From Hormiphora californensis (taxonomy: Eukaryota; Animalia; Ctenophora): a DNA stretch of 64,000 nt. Each line of letters opens with the position of its first letter. Position 1 is the first letter of the stretch. The stretch is taken from NCBI GenBank assembly GCA_020137815.1, contig CM035358.1, positions 434,001-498,000 on the forward strand. Direction: 5' to 3'. The translations under genes were made by a program, and so were the position numbers. Below the pieces are notes generated by a model. The model saw nothing but the letters and a program-made list of their open reading frames with translations, did no database searches and was not told the DNA's origin. Shown piece by piece: positions 49,888-63,026 of the stretch.

Positions 49888-52488
49888 ATGTCTGATAAAG
49901 AACCTATTCTGAATCCCTCAGAGTTTGAGATAGATTTCCAGGAGTTTAGTAACACACTGCTACCCGATACCGCTACAGTTCCTCTTGGTGGTGGGGCACC
50001 CCCTCCCTACCAACCCCCTGGTGAGAGGGTGACCTGGACATCATGTCATTTTGAATTGTATTAGTTTCCAGTTTCTCATTTTCAATATTTTCCATTCCCA
50101 GGCACATCGTCTGATTACAAGATAGCAGTTGACTCTGATACTGAGTTGGACTCAACGAACCTGCTGAGATCAGAGGATGGCTCTACACCAGCTACCAGTG
50201 CATTCTGGTCTCTTGAGTTTTACCAGCAGTTCTTCAATGTAAACGATGAAATTGTAAGTTTCTATTTGTATCTCCTCAATTTTATCATGTCCCTTCATTT
50301 CTAGTTTGATCTCCACCCCTGTCTTCTTTCCAACTGTAACACACCCCCCACTCCAGGTTCTAGACAGGTTACTTCACGCCTGCCTACCTCTACCCTCTAA
50401 CGACTTTATGGGTAAACTCAGGCCCTCCCCTGATATCTATGGACCTCTGTGGGTTTGTATAACCCTGGTATTCTCAACTGCCATCAGTGGTAACATGGCT
50501 GATTTCTTTGCTAGTATGGGGGATGATACGGAGTGGACTTACGACTTCAAAAAAGGTAGGTGCCTACACTCTATTTCATTGTTTAACTCTGTCAGAGCAT
50601 TGACCTGATCCTATCCTCATTTCTCGGAGCGTGCGAGAACTGTGGCCAGAGCATTGACAGTTCATGACAGAACTCCATTTTATGCCCTAAACATTCCATC
50701 AAACTCACATCTTCTTCTTCCCAGTAACGATAGCAGCAACAGTGATATTCCTGTATGTGACAACTGTCCCTGCCTCCCTATCCGGATATCTCTGGTGGAG
50801 AAAGAGTAACACTGAACTAAAGCTAGTGGAGAGTCTATCACTGTACGGCTACTCTCTTACTGTCTTCATTCCCGCTTCTGTAAGTCAAGTTGTTTGTCCC
50901 GTGGATTGGTATGATGTTATGTTGCCAAGAATAAATGGTAATTACCCATCAAGAATCATTCTTTCTCCCACAGATACTGCTGTGTATAAATCACGATTGG
51001 ATCCGGTGGATTCTTGTTCTAGTGATTATAGGAACTAGTGGTAAGTTATATACAGATAGAGACATGCCCCCGTTTAAAACAACACAAAATAACACAGTCA
51101 CGTACTGGCACCATTTAGTGATAATAACAGTAAATCGAATATCACGCACAAAACAAAGCGATTACAAATCGAATCACGCACTGACGCCACTTTGTTATAT
51201 CGAGCATAAATACAATGTCACGCACTGACTACAGTTACACATTGAGTCACGTACCTCACGTCACAATGTAACATAGTCAGGACCACTATTGGTGCGCGGT
51301 CGTGCCCACGGAAGGAGTGCTTGGATCATCTTGAAACCGGTTTTAAGTTCACTAATGTATACCCAAAAGGGTCTGTAGCCATTTGGGTGATGTTCTGACA
51401 ATCCAATCACGAGTTATGACCGAAAAACAGTGAAAAAAGACGTTTTAAAGTGACAAAAAGGAGGATCTGAACACAGCCCTTATATGAAGGGCTGGGGCTT
51501 TGAAACTTCTTGTGTGGACAGAGAATTGTCCAAATTTGCAGTGTCAACTTTCAGATAGTTTCTATCTTTTGTAGTTATCTAATTACAGTCGTTTAAACAT
51601 GTGAGAAGTTGCTAAAGGGGCCTATAATACTGCTTGTGAAGTGATCACTTGACGAGATTTGCCCAATTAGACAGCGGATTAAAGCATACAAGCGGTAAGA
51701 GCAAGCAATATGAGACGGAAGTAGTACCTAATCGCCCTGTTTTGCAGGGTCATACAGATCGTCTCACATGTTTAAACGACTCTAATTAGATAACTACAAA
51801 AGATAGAAACTATCTGAAAGTTGACACTGCAAATTTGGACAATTCTCTGTCCACACAAGAAGTTTCAAAGCCCCAGCCCTTCATATAAGGGCTGTAATCA
51901 GATCCTCCTTTTTGTCACTTTAAAACGTCTTTTTTCACTGTTTTTCGGTCATAACTCCTGATTGGATTGTCAGAACATCACCCAAATGGCTACAGACACT
52001 TTTGGGTATACATTAGTGAACTTAAAACCGGTTTCAAGATGATCCAAGCACTCCTTCCGTGGGCACGACCGCGCACCAATAGTGGTCCTGACTAACACAA
52101 CGGCGGGCTGCCTGTGTAAATACAACATTATTTCTCTTCTGCACATTACTAATACATCTTGTTCTGCAGGTGCTGTGTTGACCCTCACTATATGGAAGTT
52201 GCTGGCAGGAGAGCCACGTCAAATGGCTCTTATTATAACAGCAGTACTGGCTGCACTACATGTAGCCCTTATCCTACTGTTCAAGGTGACCTGACTTATA
52301 CATGTTATATTGAGTTGTTCAAACACTGATGAGCCAGACTCATAACAATAGAAAAATGTATATTCATTAGATATTATTAGATGGTTATTTTCATGGTTTA
52401 GGATTCTAACACCACCTCTTCTTTTCAGATGTATTTCTTCGCCCAAACGTCAAAAGCACCTACTCCAGCACCAGTGCCAACAAGATGA
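49888..52488 (+). CDS. YIPF1: Yip1-domain family protein, YIPF1/YIPF2-like
   Basis: FWSLEFYQQFFNV, PDIYGPLWVCITLVFSTAISGN, YDFKK, SLYGYSLTVFIPAS, LFK-MYFF. Seven exons. Confidence 0.9.
51274..52094. mobile_element. Academ-type non-autonomous foldback element in YIPF intron 5
   Basis: TAGTCAGGACC...GGTCCTGACTA, ~330-bp nearly identical TIRs, 3-bp TSD ACA. TAG..CTA ends with a 3-4-bp TSD fit Academ. Confidence 0.85.
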
Positions 52489-54771
52489 TTTAAAATGTTC
52501 CCTATTTTGTATTGAAGTGGATTATTTTTGGCATACACAATGTGATGCAGCTTTGTGTGCGTCATGGGTGTTTAATATTTGAAAATGAATATTAACTGTG
52601 AGAGTGGAAATACTGTTTGGGGTTTTGAAGGGATATAGCGTGTTCTAGTTAATTGACTTGAAGAGTGTATTATTTGCATGACTGCTACTGTACAGTGTAA
52701 ACTGTTTTTTAATTTTCTCTGCAGAGACAACTGTAGAACAGATGGTAAACCAAGATTTATTATTATCAACTCCCTCCCCTATGAAGTATGAATGCTAGAC
52801 ATTTCACCTCCAACCTTAGAACTATAAAGTTGACTAATATAAAGTCAATTGCTTGTTGTACATTAAAGTGATCTACTGAGAGCCCCCCCCCTCCCCTCTG
52901 ATGATTGATCTCATTAGACCCATCTGCCATCACCCAACAATTATTGCCCCAGAGCGTGAGTCTTCAATCCCCCTCCCCTGGGCAGTAAGGCAGTTAGTTA
53001 CACCCCGAAATGAAGTTACAGGGGGCTAAAGAGGGGCATACAACCCAATATCAGATCTATTATGTGTTGTGTCAGTTGTCTCATCTTTTAGCAGTAATAG
53101 AAACTATTCAGTTGCCCCTTCTTAGTGCCCCTCATTAGAAATCAGTGTACCCAGCTAGGGGTGAGTGGGGGTATTGGAAAGTGGGGATGTTAACTGGGAC
53201 AGTTCAATATTGGATCCCTATATCCGTTTCTTTGTCTCTTCGATTTCCCTTGTGCACGATGCTATCATCTCGCCTTCGCCCCGCCTCGCGGAGGCGAGAA
53301 GCAGTGGACGCGAGAGCGGAGCAGATGAGACGCTTAGAGAGAGAACGCCTGCGACATCGAGAGGAGCTCAAGGCCAGAGACAGCGCTCGCATAGAGCATC
53401 ACGCGACCGAGAGCAGCAGACCAGCCCAGAGCGGTGTCGTAGCAGGCTGACGTTCACGAGAGCGGACAAGATCCCCCTCCTCCTTATCCTCTTCTCTTCG
53501 CTCGACTCTCACTCGTTCTCGTCCTCCTTTCTCTCTCTCCTCTCTCTCTCATCTCGCATGCTACTTCCTCCCTTGTCACAGTCTACATCACCACTCCCCC
53601 TTCTGTGTGTGTAGACAGTGTACATGTGAAGTCCGGATGATCAACCACCACCGTTCACCTTCCCTCTGTATATCGATCAGTTTTTAGTCTTCATATTCAG
53701 CTTTGTGTAACTGTAGAATGAGTTTTCAGCTGGCCCACCTGGTTCTTATAAAGATAGCATACTCGCTACTCAGTTGACAGTTGTATAACTTTGAAAGAGA
53801 GCTATTGTACTATACTTTAATTATCGATATCGGTAGTATCAATACGGTATTATCTTTCTGGAAGTGATCAAGGTTGCATAACGCTGTAATATGTAAATTT
53901 GATCACGGGAAATTCAGAAGGGAACTAGCGATTGTAGGAAGTGTTCCAGTGGTAATCGTATTGCTGCTTCCAAGGTAGATCAGAGCTTGGAGTGTGATTC
54001 TTTCTGTAACTTGGTGTTAGCAGTACTGTTTCAAGTAACAGCTGCAACCAATTGAACTTTAATAATGTACACTAGTTATGCCTCGGAAATTATGTTAACT
54101 CATGCATTGAAACTTAGAGTTAGGCAATCTTTCCTGTATTAATCCCGTATTAATTTCCTGTCATAGCTATAATATGTTATAGCGTGCTTTACTTTACAGA
54201 GCGAGGGGGGGGGAGAGAGAGATAGAGAGAGATAGAGAGAAATATTGATAACTAGAGAGAGTTAGAAGTAGGAAGAGAGAGAGGGCATTTACGCGATGAA
54301 TTGCCCCATTAAACCGCAGTTAGCACATGGTTCACTCCTATTGTTCCCTTTAGCCTTCCCCCTGCGGTTTATACTGCCCACGGCTTTCCGGAATGTACTA
54401 CCCCTCCCCTGTTAAGCGGGGGGGGGGGGGGCATTCTCTCTCCCTTCTTTTAAGTCCTTTCTATCTTTCCCTCTCTTCTTTTGGTATGGGATCAATTGTT
54501 TCGCGGTTAAATGTACTGTGTTCTCCTTCCTCCTGAACTTCTGCCCTTCTTCAGTAGACGTGTACATTACCCATCCTGGAGTCCTGTTTTTGTTCTGATT
54601 TACCGTAATTGCCAATCTCTATTATAATTTGGAGATGTCGCGTGATGGTCGTTCGTTAGGCGGTATCTAAGCGACAGTGCTCCTTCATAAAACAAGCTGT
54701 AAAGCTGTTGCTCACACTTTTGGAACTTCCAGTAGAAGTAAATTTATATTTTCGAATGAATTTTAACATGC

Positions 54772-54808
54772 CAGTCACCATAGTTATCAATTCAGTTGCC
54801 ATGGCAAC
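54772..54808. promoter_or_regulatory. RFX X-box pair ~230 bp upstream of the integrin alpha ATG
   Basis: GTCACCATAGTTAT followed by perfect GTTGCCATGGCAAC (54795-54808). Confidence 0.5.
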
Positions 54809-55031
54809 CGTGTTATTGACGTTGAAAGTGGTGAAATGAGCCACACGGCGAAGCCGGGTGGGTTATCAAAAGGCCCTTACTTGGACGCACCCAATGGGTG
54901 CGCTAGTACCAATATAATTTGAATAGTTGCTCGGTTGGAATTCATTTATCTCCCCTACCAGACATTAAACTAAAAATGTAGCAGCTTGGATTTTAGTACA
55001 GTAGCCTGCTAAAACAGTATCCTCTACAACT

Positions 55032-58000
55032 ATGGTACAACATTCCTTATTGTCCCATGTCTTGGTTCTGCTTCTGTCTCTATGTAGTGGATTCAATATT
55101 GATATCCTGTCTCCCTACGTAATCACAACAGACCAGCCGGGTTCCTATTTTGGGTACAAAGTAGCCCTCCACCAGTATGATAACACTGGATATGTGCTGG
55201 TGAGTTTGGGAAACCCTGGACATTTCCCTACCACTATTCGAGGCCCCCCAACCCCCTCACATCGTTCACTCACCATCTCCCTCATCCCTAACAGTAACAC
55301 CTCTTCCCAATCCCAGGTATCAGCCCCGCTTGCCAACACTACAGTACCCAAGTCAGGGGCAGTATACAAGTGCCCGATACTGAATGGAACATGTACCGAC
55401 CTGATAGAGGAGTTCACTGCTGAGGGGAACAGGTACCCTCTAGAGCAATACTAGATCCTTTTTTATCCTTCTCCCAGAAGGATCCTTAACCCCACTTTGG
55501 GTCTCCCGGTATAGAGGTTACCTTTGTTGAGTAACAAGGTTACCCAGGGCCGTTTTTTCTACTAACAACAATTGTTCTTTCCAATCAGTTCACTATTCCA
55601 CGTTTGCCCATTCAGGTATGTGAAGGAGGACGATTTACGGGGTTCCAAAGGCAGTAGTTACACCCAGACAGACACATACACGATACAAACTGAGGAGATA
55701 TCGGGACAAATGATGGGTGCCACCCTTCAATCCACCCCAGATAATAACAATATACTGGCTTGTGCTCACAGGTAACAATTTCACCTTAGATTAGGAAGTT
55801 AAAATGGGAAAGTTTCTTAGAGATTAGGAGGTTAAAGTGGGAAAGTTTCTTAGAGATAAGGAGGTCAAAGTGGGAAAGTTTCTTAGAGATTAGGTGGTTA
55901 AAATGGGAAAGTTTATTCGAGATTAGGAGGTAAAAGTGGGAAGGTTTCTTAGAGATTAGGAGGTCAAAGTGGGAAAGTTTCTTAGAGATCAGGAGGTCAA
56001 AGTGGGAGAGTTTCTTAGAGATAAGGAGGTCAAAGTGGGAAAGTTTCTTAGAGATCAGGAGGTCAAAGTGGGAAAGTTTCTTAGAGATCAGGAGGTCAAA
56101 GTGGGAAAGTTTCTTAGAGATAAGGAGGTCAAAGTGGGAAAGTTTCTTAGAGATCAGGAGGTCAAAGTGGGAAAGTTTCTTAGAGATAAGGAGGTTAAAA
56201 TGGGAAAGTTTCTTAGAGATTAGGAGGTCAAAGTGGGAAAGTTTCTTAGAGATTAGGAGGTTAAAATGGGAAAGTTTCTTAGAGATTAGGAGGTCAAAAT
56301 GGGAAAGTTTCTTAGAGATTAGGAGGTCAAAGTGGGAAAGTTTCTTAGAGATAAGGAGGTCAAAGTGGGAAAGTTTCTTAGAGATCAGGAGGTCAAAGTG
56401 GGAAAGTTTCTTAGAGATAAGGAGGTCAAAGTGGGAAAGTTTATTAGAGATAAGGAAGTCAAAGTGGGAAAGTTTCTTAGAGATAAGGAGGTTAAAATGG
56501 GAAAGTTTCTTAGAGATAAGGAGGTCAAAGTGGGAAAGTTTCTTAGAGATCAGGAGGTCAAAGTGGGAAAGTTTCTTAGAGATAAGGAGGTTAAAATGGG
56601 AAAGTTTCTTAGAGATTAGGAGGTCAAAGTGGGAAAGTTTCTTAGAGATTAGGAGGTTAAAATGGGAAAGTTTCTTAGAGATTAGGAGGTCAAAATGGGA
56701 AAGTTTCTTAGAGATTAGGAGGTTAAAATGGGAAAGTTTCTTAAAGATAAGGTTAAAGTGAGAAAGTTTCTTAGAGATAAGGTCAAAGTGGGAAAGTTTC
56801 TTAGAGATTAGGAGGTCAAAGTGGGAAAGTTTCTTAGAGATAAGGTCAAAGTGGGAAATTTTCTTAGAGATTAGGAGGTCAAAGTGGGAAAGTTTCTTAG
56901 AGATTAGGAGGTCAAAGTGGGAAAGTTTCTAAGAGATTAGGAGGTCAAAGTGGGAAAGTTTCTTAGAGATAAGGTCAAAGTGGGATAGTTTGTTAGAGAT
57001 TAGGAGGTTAAAATGGGAAAGTTTCTTAGAGATAAGGTCAAAGTGGGAAAGTTTCTTAGAGATTAGGAGGTCAAAGTGGGAAAAATTCTTAGAGATAAGG
57101 TCAAAGTGGGATAGTTTGTTAGAGATTAGGAGGTTAAAGTGAGAAAGTTACTTAGAGATAAGGTCAAATTGGGAAAGTTTCTTAGAGATTAGGAGGTCAA
57201 AGTGGGAAAGTTTCTTAGAGATTAGATCAAAGTGGAAAAGTTTCTTAGAGATAAGGTCAAAGTGGGAAAGTTTCTTAGAGATTAGGAGGTCAAAGTGGGA
57301 AAGTTTCTTAGAGATAAGGTCAAAGTGGGAAAGTTTCTTAGAGATTAGGAGGTCAAAGTGGGAAAGTTTCTTAGAGATAAGGTCAAAGTGGGAAAGTTTC
57401 TTAGAGATAAGGAGGTCAAAGTGGGAAAGTTTCTTAGAGATTATGAGGTCAAAGTGGGAAAGTTTCTTAGAGATAAGGTCAAAGTGGGAAAGTTTCTTAG
57501 AGATAAGGAGGTCAAAGTGGGAAAGTTTCTTAGAGATAAGGAGGTCAAAGTGGGAAAGTTTCTTAGATATTAGGAGGTCAAAGTGGGAAAGCTTCTTAGA
57601 GATAAGGTCAAAGTTGGAAAGTTTCTTAGAGAGAAGGAGGTCATAGCGGGAAAGTTTCTTAGAGATTAAGAGGTTAAAATGGGAAAGTTTCTTAGAGATT
57701 AGATCTCCTCCATAATCTAGAGACACCCTCCCCCCTTCAGATATGAGAGCTGGTATCTACAGGTGTATCTAACTACGGACACCTATCCACGACAACTAAC
57801 AGGGGGTTGCAAGGTGCTGTCTGGAGATTTTACCTATGACGGCTCTGAATCAGACAATCTGGGATATAAACCCTGCTATCAGGAGGAAACAGGGTAGGTC
57901 TGGGATTTAGATCAGTAGTCTATAATAACATATTCTTTGTTTCTATCAACTTATATCTTACCCATCCATCATCCCAGGCACCGAGAGTATGGAATGTGTG

Positions 58001-61000
58001 AGGCGGGGATGTCAGCATTTCTACTAGATGATGAGCTGATACTCGGGGCACCCGGGTACAACGTGGGGAATGGGGGGATATTCAGGTACGGGAATGTGAC
58101 AGTTGACAGAATATCTTTTCATTCTTCACCCTATCTTTTGAATGCTATTTACCAACTACTCAATGGCACATTTCGTATTAAGAACTGTACCTCTCGGTAT
58201 AGGTATGATACAGGCTCATTCGTGCTAAGTAGAGAGGCCAGCAAGACGTACAAAGATGAAACTGCCAGCAACCCCTACATTGGTAAGATACAACCCGAGT
58301 TGTTGCCGTTCTCAGGGTCCAGCATAGCCCCCCCCCCCCCCCCAGGGTTCATTAGTTGAATATCAGCCCAATTATTGATATTAATAATTTATTGATTCTA
58401 CTTTGCTCTTCATTCTGCAATAGCAGTAGTTCAGTTTTATCATCTTGCAGGGTATAGTACGATAGTATGTGATTGGAATGCCGATGGGGTTATGGATATC
58501 ATTAGTGGAGGTCCAAGAGCTAACAGATACCGTGGACAGGTACTGGGCCATCCAAAGCATCACATTGATTTGATTTTCAAACTAAAAGGTCTACAATACA
58601 GGGACACAAACACGCGTAGATATAGACACACATAATATAGATATAAAGATAAATTTCCCTGTACAATAGAGCCAGATAGCGGAGGGCTGTAGACAGCGCT
58701 TACACCTATCAAGAGAAATATTAAATCAATTTATTGGGCAATAAAATCCTACTATTTTCACCCCTTTCAGTTCTTTGCTCAGCCCTGTAACAATTACCCT
58801 ACTACTAGGTGTTCGTATATCAGCCGTCTAATGATGGACAAGGATTGCCCCTGGTTGTGAACCTGCCTGTGGATCTGGTTGGTGAACAGATGGGTAGTTA
58901 CTATGGGTCTACCCTGGCCTGCAGTGATGTCACTGGGGATGGTATTGCTGATCTTATAGTCGGTTAGTTATCAGAGCATTGACAGGTTGGAAATTACTGC
59001 TATCATTCGGCTGATATTTCACTAGTATTCCCAGCTTCACCAGGCCTTTTGTTTAGGTGCACCCCAGTACGCTACAAGAGATGAGAATCTGGGAGGACTT
59101 TACAACCCAGATACAGGGAGGGTCTACCTATATCCTGGCATATCCGCGGGAGATACTTTCTTCCCCTCCAACTATAACACTACAGTAACGGTAAGGGAAC
59201 TCTTTTTAAAATAGGAAATACGTTTAGACTCTCTCTCTCTAGCCTTGCTAGTAAAGAACTATCCCCAGGTTCAAAAGATTACTGGAGCGAGTTCAGGGGA
59301 GGGGTTAGGTTTCTCTCTATCGGTTGTTGGGGATCTAGATCAGGATGGTATAGGAGACCTGGCTATTGGAAGTCCCTACTACAACAACGGACAGGTGAGA
59401 GGAGATTATATACAGAGATGACCAAGTCAATCTGTTAACGACTTTAAGATGGATCGTTAGTTAATGGGAAGTTTTATCAAATCTTTGTTTCAGGGTAAGA
59501 TAACAATATTTTTCGGATCGGCGGATGGTCTGAAACTGGTCCAGGTGATAACCCCTCTTGACATTGGATTTGGTGGAGGTCTAACTAATTTTGGACAGAG
59601 CATCGATGGAGGTATTCATCCTTTGTCCTCCTCTTTTTTAATCCCCATACCACATGAGCCAGAGAGATTGTACTGAGAGAGATTGTAGTGAACCACTCTT
59701 TATTTCTCCAGGGAAGGATTTGGATGACAATGGTTTTGCTGACATAGCAATAGGATCCCAAGGCACAGTTATATTCCTCCGTTCCCTGCCCATTCTCGAT
59801 GTTGTGGCATCCATAGCAACGGTTACCAAGGAATTCAATCCCATGGGGACACCATCAGTTGTCACACCCGATGGCCTGAAAGTTGGGCTAAATCTACAGG
59901 TACACAACAGGCAATGAATCAAACCAGAATATTTTCTGAAGCCCTCATTCCCTATGTGACATTGGTCAATCCTATTTCTCATTAGGTGTGTTTCAAGCTA
60001 CCCCAAGACAGCACCTCTCCCCTGACTATCTCCTACTCGCTCACTATAGATGCCGGTCATGTGGACACAGGGACTGCTAGGATCTTCTCTCCTGTACCCG
60101 GCACAAAACAGCAATCACAGGTTAGTTGAAGGCTTCCCCAGTCCCCCTAGTTTATAAAACTGATGCAATTGGACCCCGATTTGAAATGACCTGCATCATT
60201 CTAAACGATATTATCTGATTCAGGTGTATGAAGGTTCATTGACCGTGGTGAATGGTGCTTCAGATCCCACCTGTTCCGATGACATCCCCGCCCTATCTAG
60301 GGGTCCACTTGGTTTCATTCTAGATCCTATCGTGGTGAGTCACCCTCACCCAATAATCCATCCTGAGTGTGCTAATCATGGTTCTTTTTTTAATTTCCTA
60401 ACAACAAATCCTTCAGTTCACATTAACGGGAGGGATTGTTGATGGTCCAAATATCTCATTCTCCGCCCGGAAGTCTCTCAATGTAGACCTCCTCTCTGCC
60501 GCACAACTCTCCCTACCAGTTACCAGTGACTGTCCCTCCGCAACCAGACAGTGCATTACTGATATGAAGATAGAATTTGGAAAACTCTCCTATTTAGGAC
60601 AAGTTAGTGTTTCTTCTTATCTTGATCTCGAACCCTTCTTTTTCCTCTTCAAATTTTGCAATATTTTATAATCGTTATCTATTTACAGGATAAGCACCCC
60701 CTGGTGTATGGTACAGTGGAGCAGTTTACCCTACCACTATTGGTAACTAATATAGGGCCAGATACAGCCTATGGAGCGTCTCTCTACCTCTCCATCCCCT
60801 CTAGCGTGCCCCTCCTGGGACCCCCAAAATGCTCCATCGATAAGGTTTGTATTGTTAAATTTTGATAAAATATTCCGATGAGTGAGAGTGAGAATGCAAA
60901 TGCTCTCTTACTCTATTATGTACCGTGAATGTTGTTCACTGACCCAATATTCCAGGAGAAAACTGCAGAGGCAGGTAACATCACATATGTGTGTCCACTA

Positions 61001-61775
61001 CAGACAGCTCGACTAAAATCAGGGACCAGTGAGATAACTGATATTCAACTGAGCATCAGAGATATCACCAACGCCACTACAATACAGATAAATGGTAGGT
61101 AGCACAACAAGTTAGGCGCCTTTCTGTGGACTAGACAAACTAGATGACTAAGAAACGGGATATCGAATAATATCGTTCACTTTCAGCGTTTGTCACGGTT
61201 CAAAAGCCGAGCAAGTTAGTGAAGAGTGCAGTTGGAGGATACGTTACAACAGTTGAAAATCTCATAAATCTGATTGTGCTTGGGGGTTCAACTCAGGTAC
61301 TCCTTTCATAGTTTAGATATAAATTCCTTGTTGTAGTATATTTCTCAAAACCTCTTTCTAAACTATATTCTCCCGATCCCAGTCGCGGATAGCATTTAAC
61401 AACAAGTATAGCGTATCTAACAAGGTCCTGGGATACACTGGGCCAGCCCTCAGACACATGGTAGAAGTTTCCCTAACTGACGGATCTCTTAACAGGTAGT
61501 TTCATTAACCTTACATTATCAGGTACCTGATACGAGGTTAACCTGCTAGTCTAGAACTAGTAGTTGTTTGATTTTGTATCATTTTCTCAGTTGAAAACAC
61601 CCCTGTTTGATTCAGGTTTGCAGAAGGTATTGTACTGTGGGTTTCATGGCCGGCAAGAGATAGTCAGGGAAACAATGTTCTTCCCCTGCTACGAGTGGAG
61701 GAATCATTCATCTCACTAGGTACATAATATCTCTCTCTCTGTCTCTCTGTCCCTCTGTCTCTCCGTCTGTCTCTA

Positions 61776-61836
<61 letters not shown>

Positions 61837-61849
61837 ATGTCTGTCTGTA

Positions 61850-61910
<61 letters not shown>

Positions 61911-63026
61911 GCCTGTCTGTCTGCCTGTCTCTCTGTCTCTCTGTCTGTCTATCTCTCTGCCGGTCTGTCTTTCTGCCTGTCTCTCTGTCTGTCTATCGCT
62001 CTACCTACAAAAACCTATCTCCAGATGGCAGCAGACGGAAAGAGAATGCTACTGGTGTATCGTGTCAGTACAGCCTTGCAGCAGAGGAGAGCTTGTGGTC
62101 GGACTTCAACCCTGAATCTCTTCCACCACTCAGACGGTCAGTCTCTAAACAGTCCGGCAGCCATTTATTGATTCGGGATTAAATATTGATTCCTAAGAGA
62201 TAGCATTCCTAAGAGAGAGCATGTAAAGTTGACACTCGTCCCAAGATTGAAATGTCCCTCAAATTCATCTCCCCATCTTTCCTCTGCTCATTACAAATCT
62301 TTGCAGGATGACGTGTGATGAGACAGTGGGACAGTGTGACATTATAAAATGCTCAATACCACGACTAGAGAGAGGGGTAGCTGCTTTCAAACTAACTCTC
62401 TACTCTCAACTCCAGGTTACTATAACACGACGTATCAGTTACATGGGGGCCGGGGGGGGGGGGGGGGGGGGGTCTACACTATTTTCTAAGTTCCTCCCCT
62501 CAACAATTTATTGCTAACCCACTAATGTTTTCAGGAGCAGTTCCTATATGATCAGGATGATATTCTGGTGGTGTCACGAGGGGACATTAGATCGGTAGAT
62601 GGAGGGGTACTACCCTACCTTAGGACATCAGAGATCAGAACGGTCCTCTACCCAAGCAGTCGTCATGTCTTCAACCTGACTTGGATCATAGTGGGTGAGT
62701 CAGGGTACTATACCGGGTGTGGGGGAGAGAGAAACTAGGACAATTGTGGTTGTCTAATGAAATAGAGAAGAAATTGATTCACACAGTGTACTATTCCGAT
62801 TTCCGGAAATTATTCCCAACCCCCAGCACTATTCTCAACCCCTCACACCCTTCTCCCTTCAGGTTCAATACTAGGTGGGCTGCTCCTTCTTCTTCTAATT
62901 CTGTTATGTCTCTGGAGGGGTGGGTTCTTTCAGAGGATCAAACCGGAGGCATATCCCCAAACTACAGTTGGGTATCTGGAGGTGTATGATGAGGAAGGAC
63001 CCATGGAAATAGAAGATAGTATCTGA
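55032..63026 (+). CDS. ITGA: Integrin alpha chain (no I-domain seen), ~25 exons
   Basis: Signal peptide then FNID. FG-GAP repeats (GSYFGY, VSAP, LILGAPG, GSYYG..DVTGDGIADLIVGAP, DLDQDGIGDLAIGSP, DLDDNGFADIAIGS). TM WIIVGSILGGLLLLLLILLCLW, then GFFQR and an acidic tail. Confidence 0.95.
55787..57702. repeat. 33/30-bp intronic satellite, ~60 copies
   Basis: TTAGAGATTAGGAGGTCAAAGTGGGAAAGTTTC; a 30-bp variant lacking GAG appears after ~56740. Lies between a donor at ~55772 and an acceptor at ~57740. Confidence 0.95.
61730..61995. repeat. (GTCT)n microsatellite in an integrin intron
   Basis: Seen directly. Confidence 0.95.

Noticed and set aside
55969-57726. Repetitive ORFs (VKVGKFLRDKE)n and (SKKLSHFDLLI)n
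   Set aside because: They come from a 33/30-bp satellite inside an integrin intron, and the flanking exons join without it.
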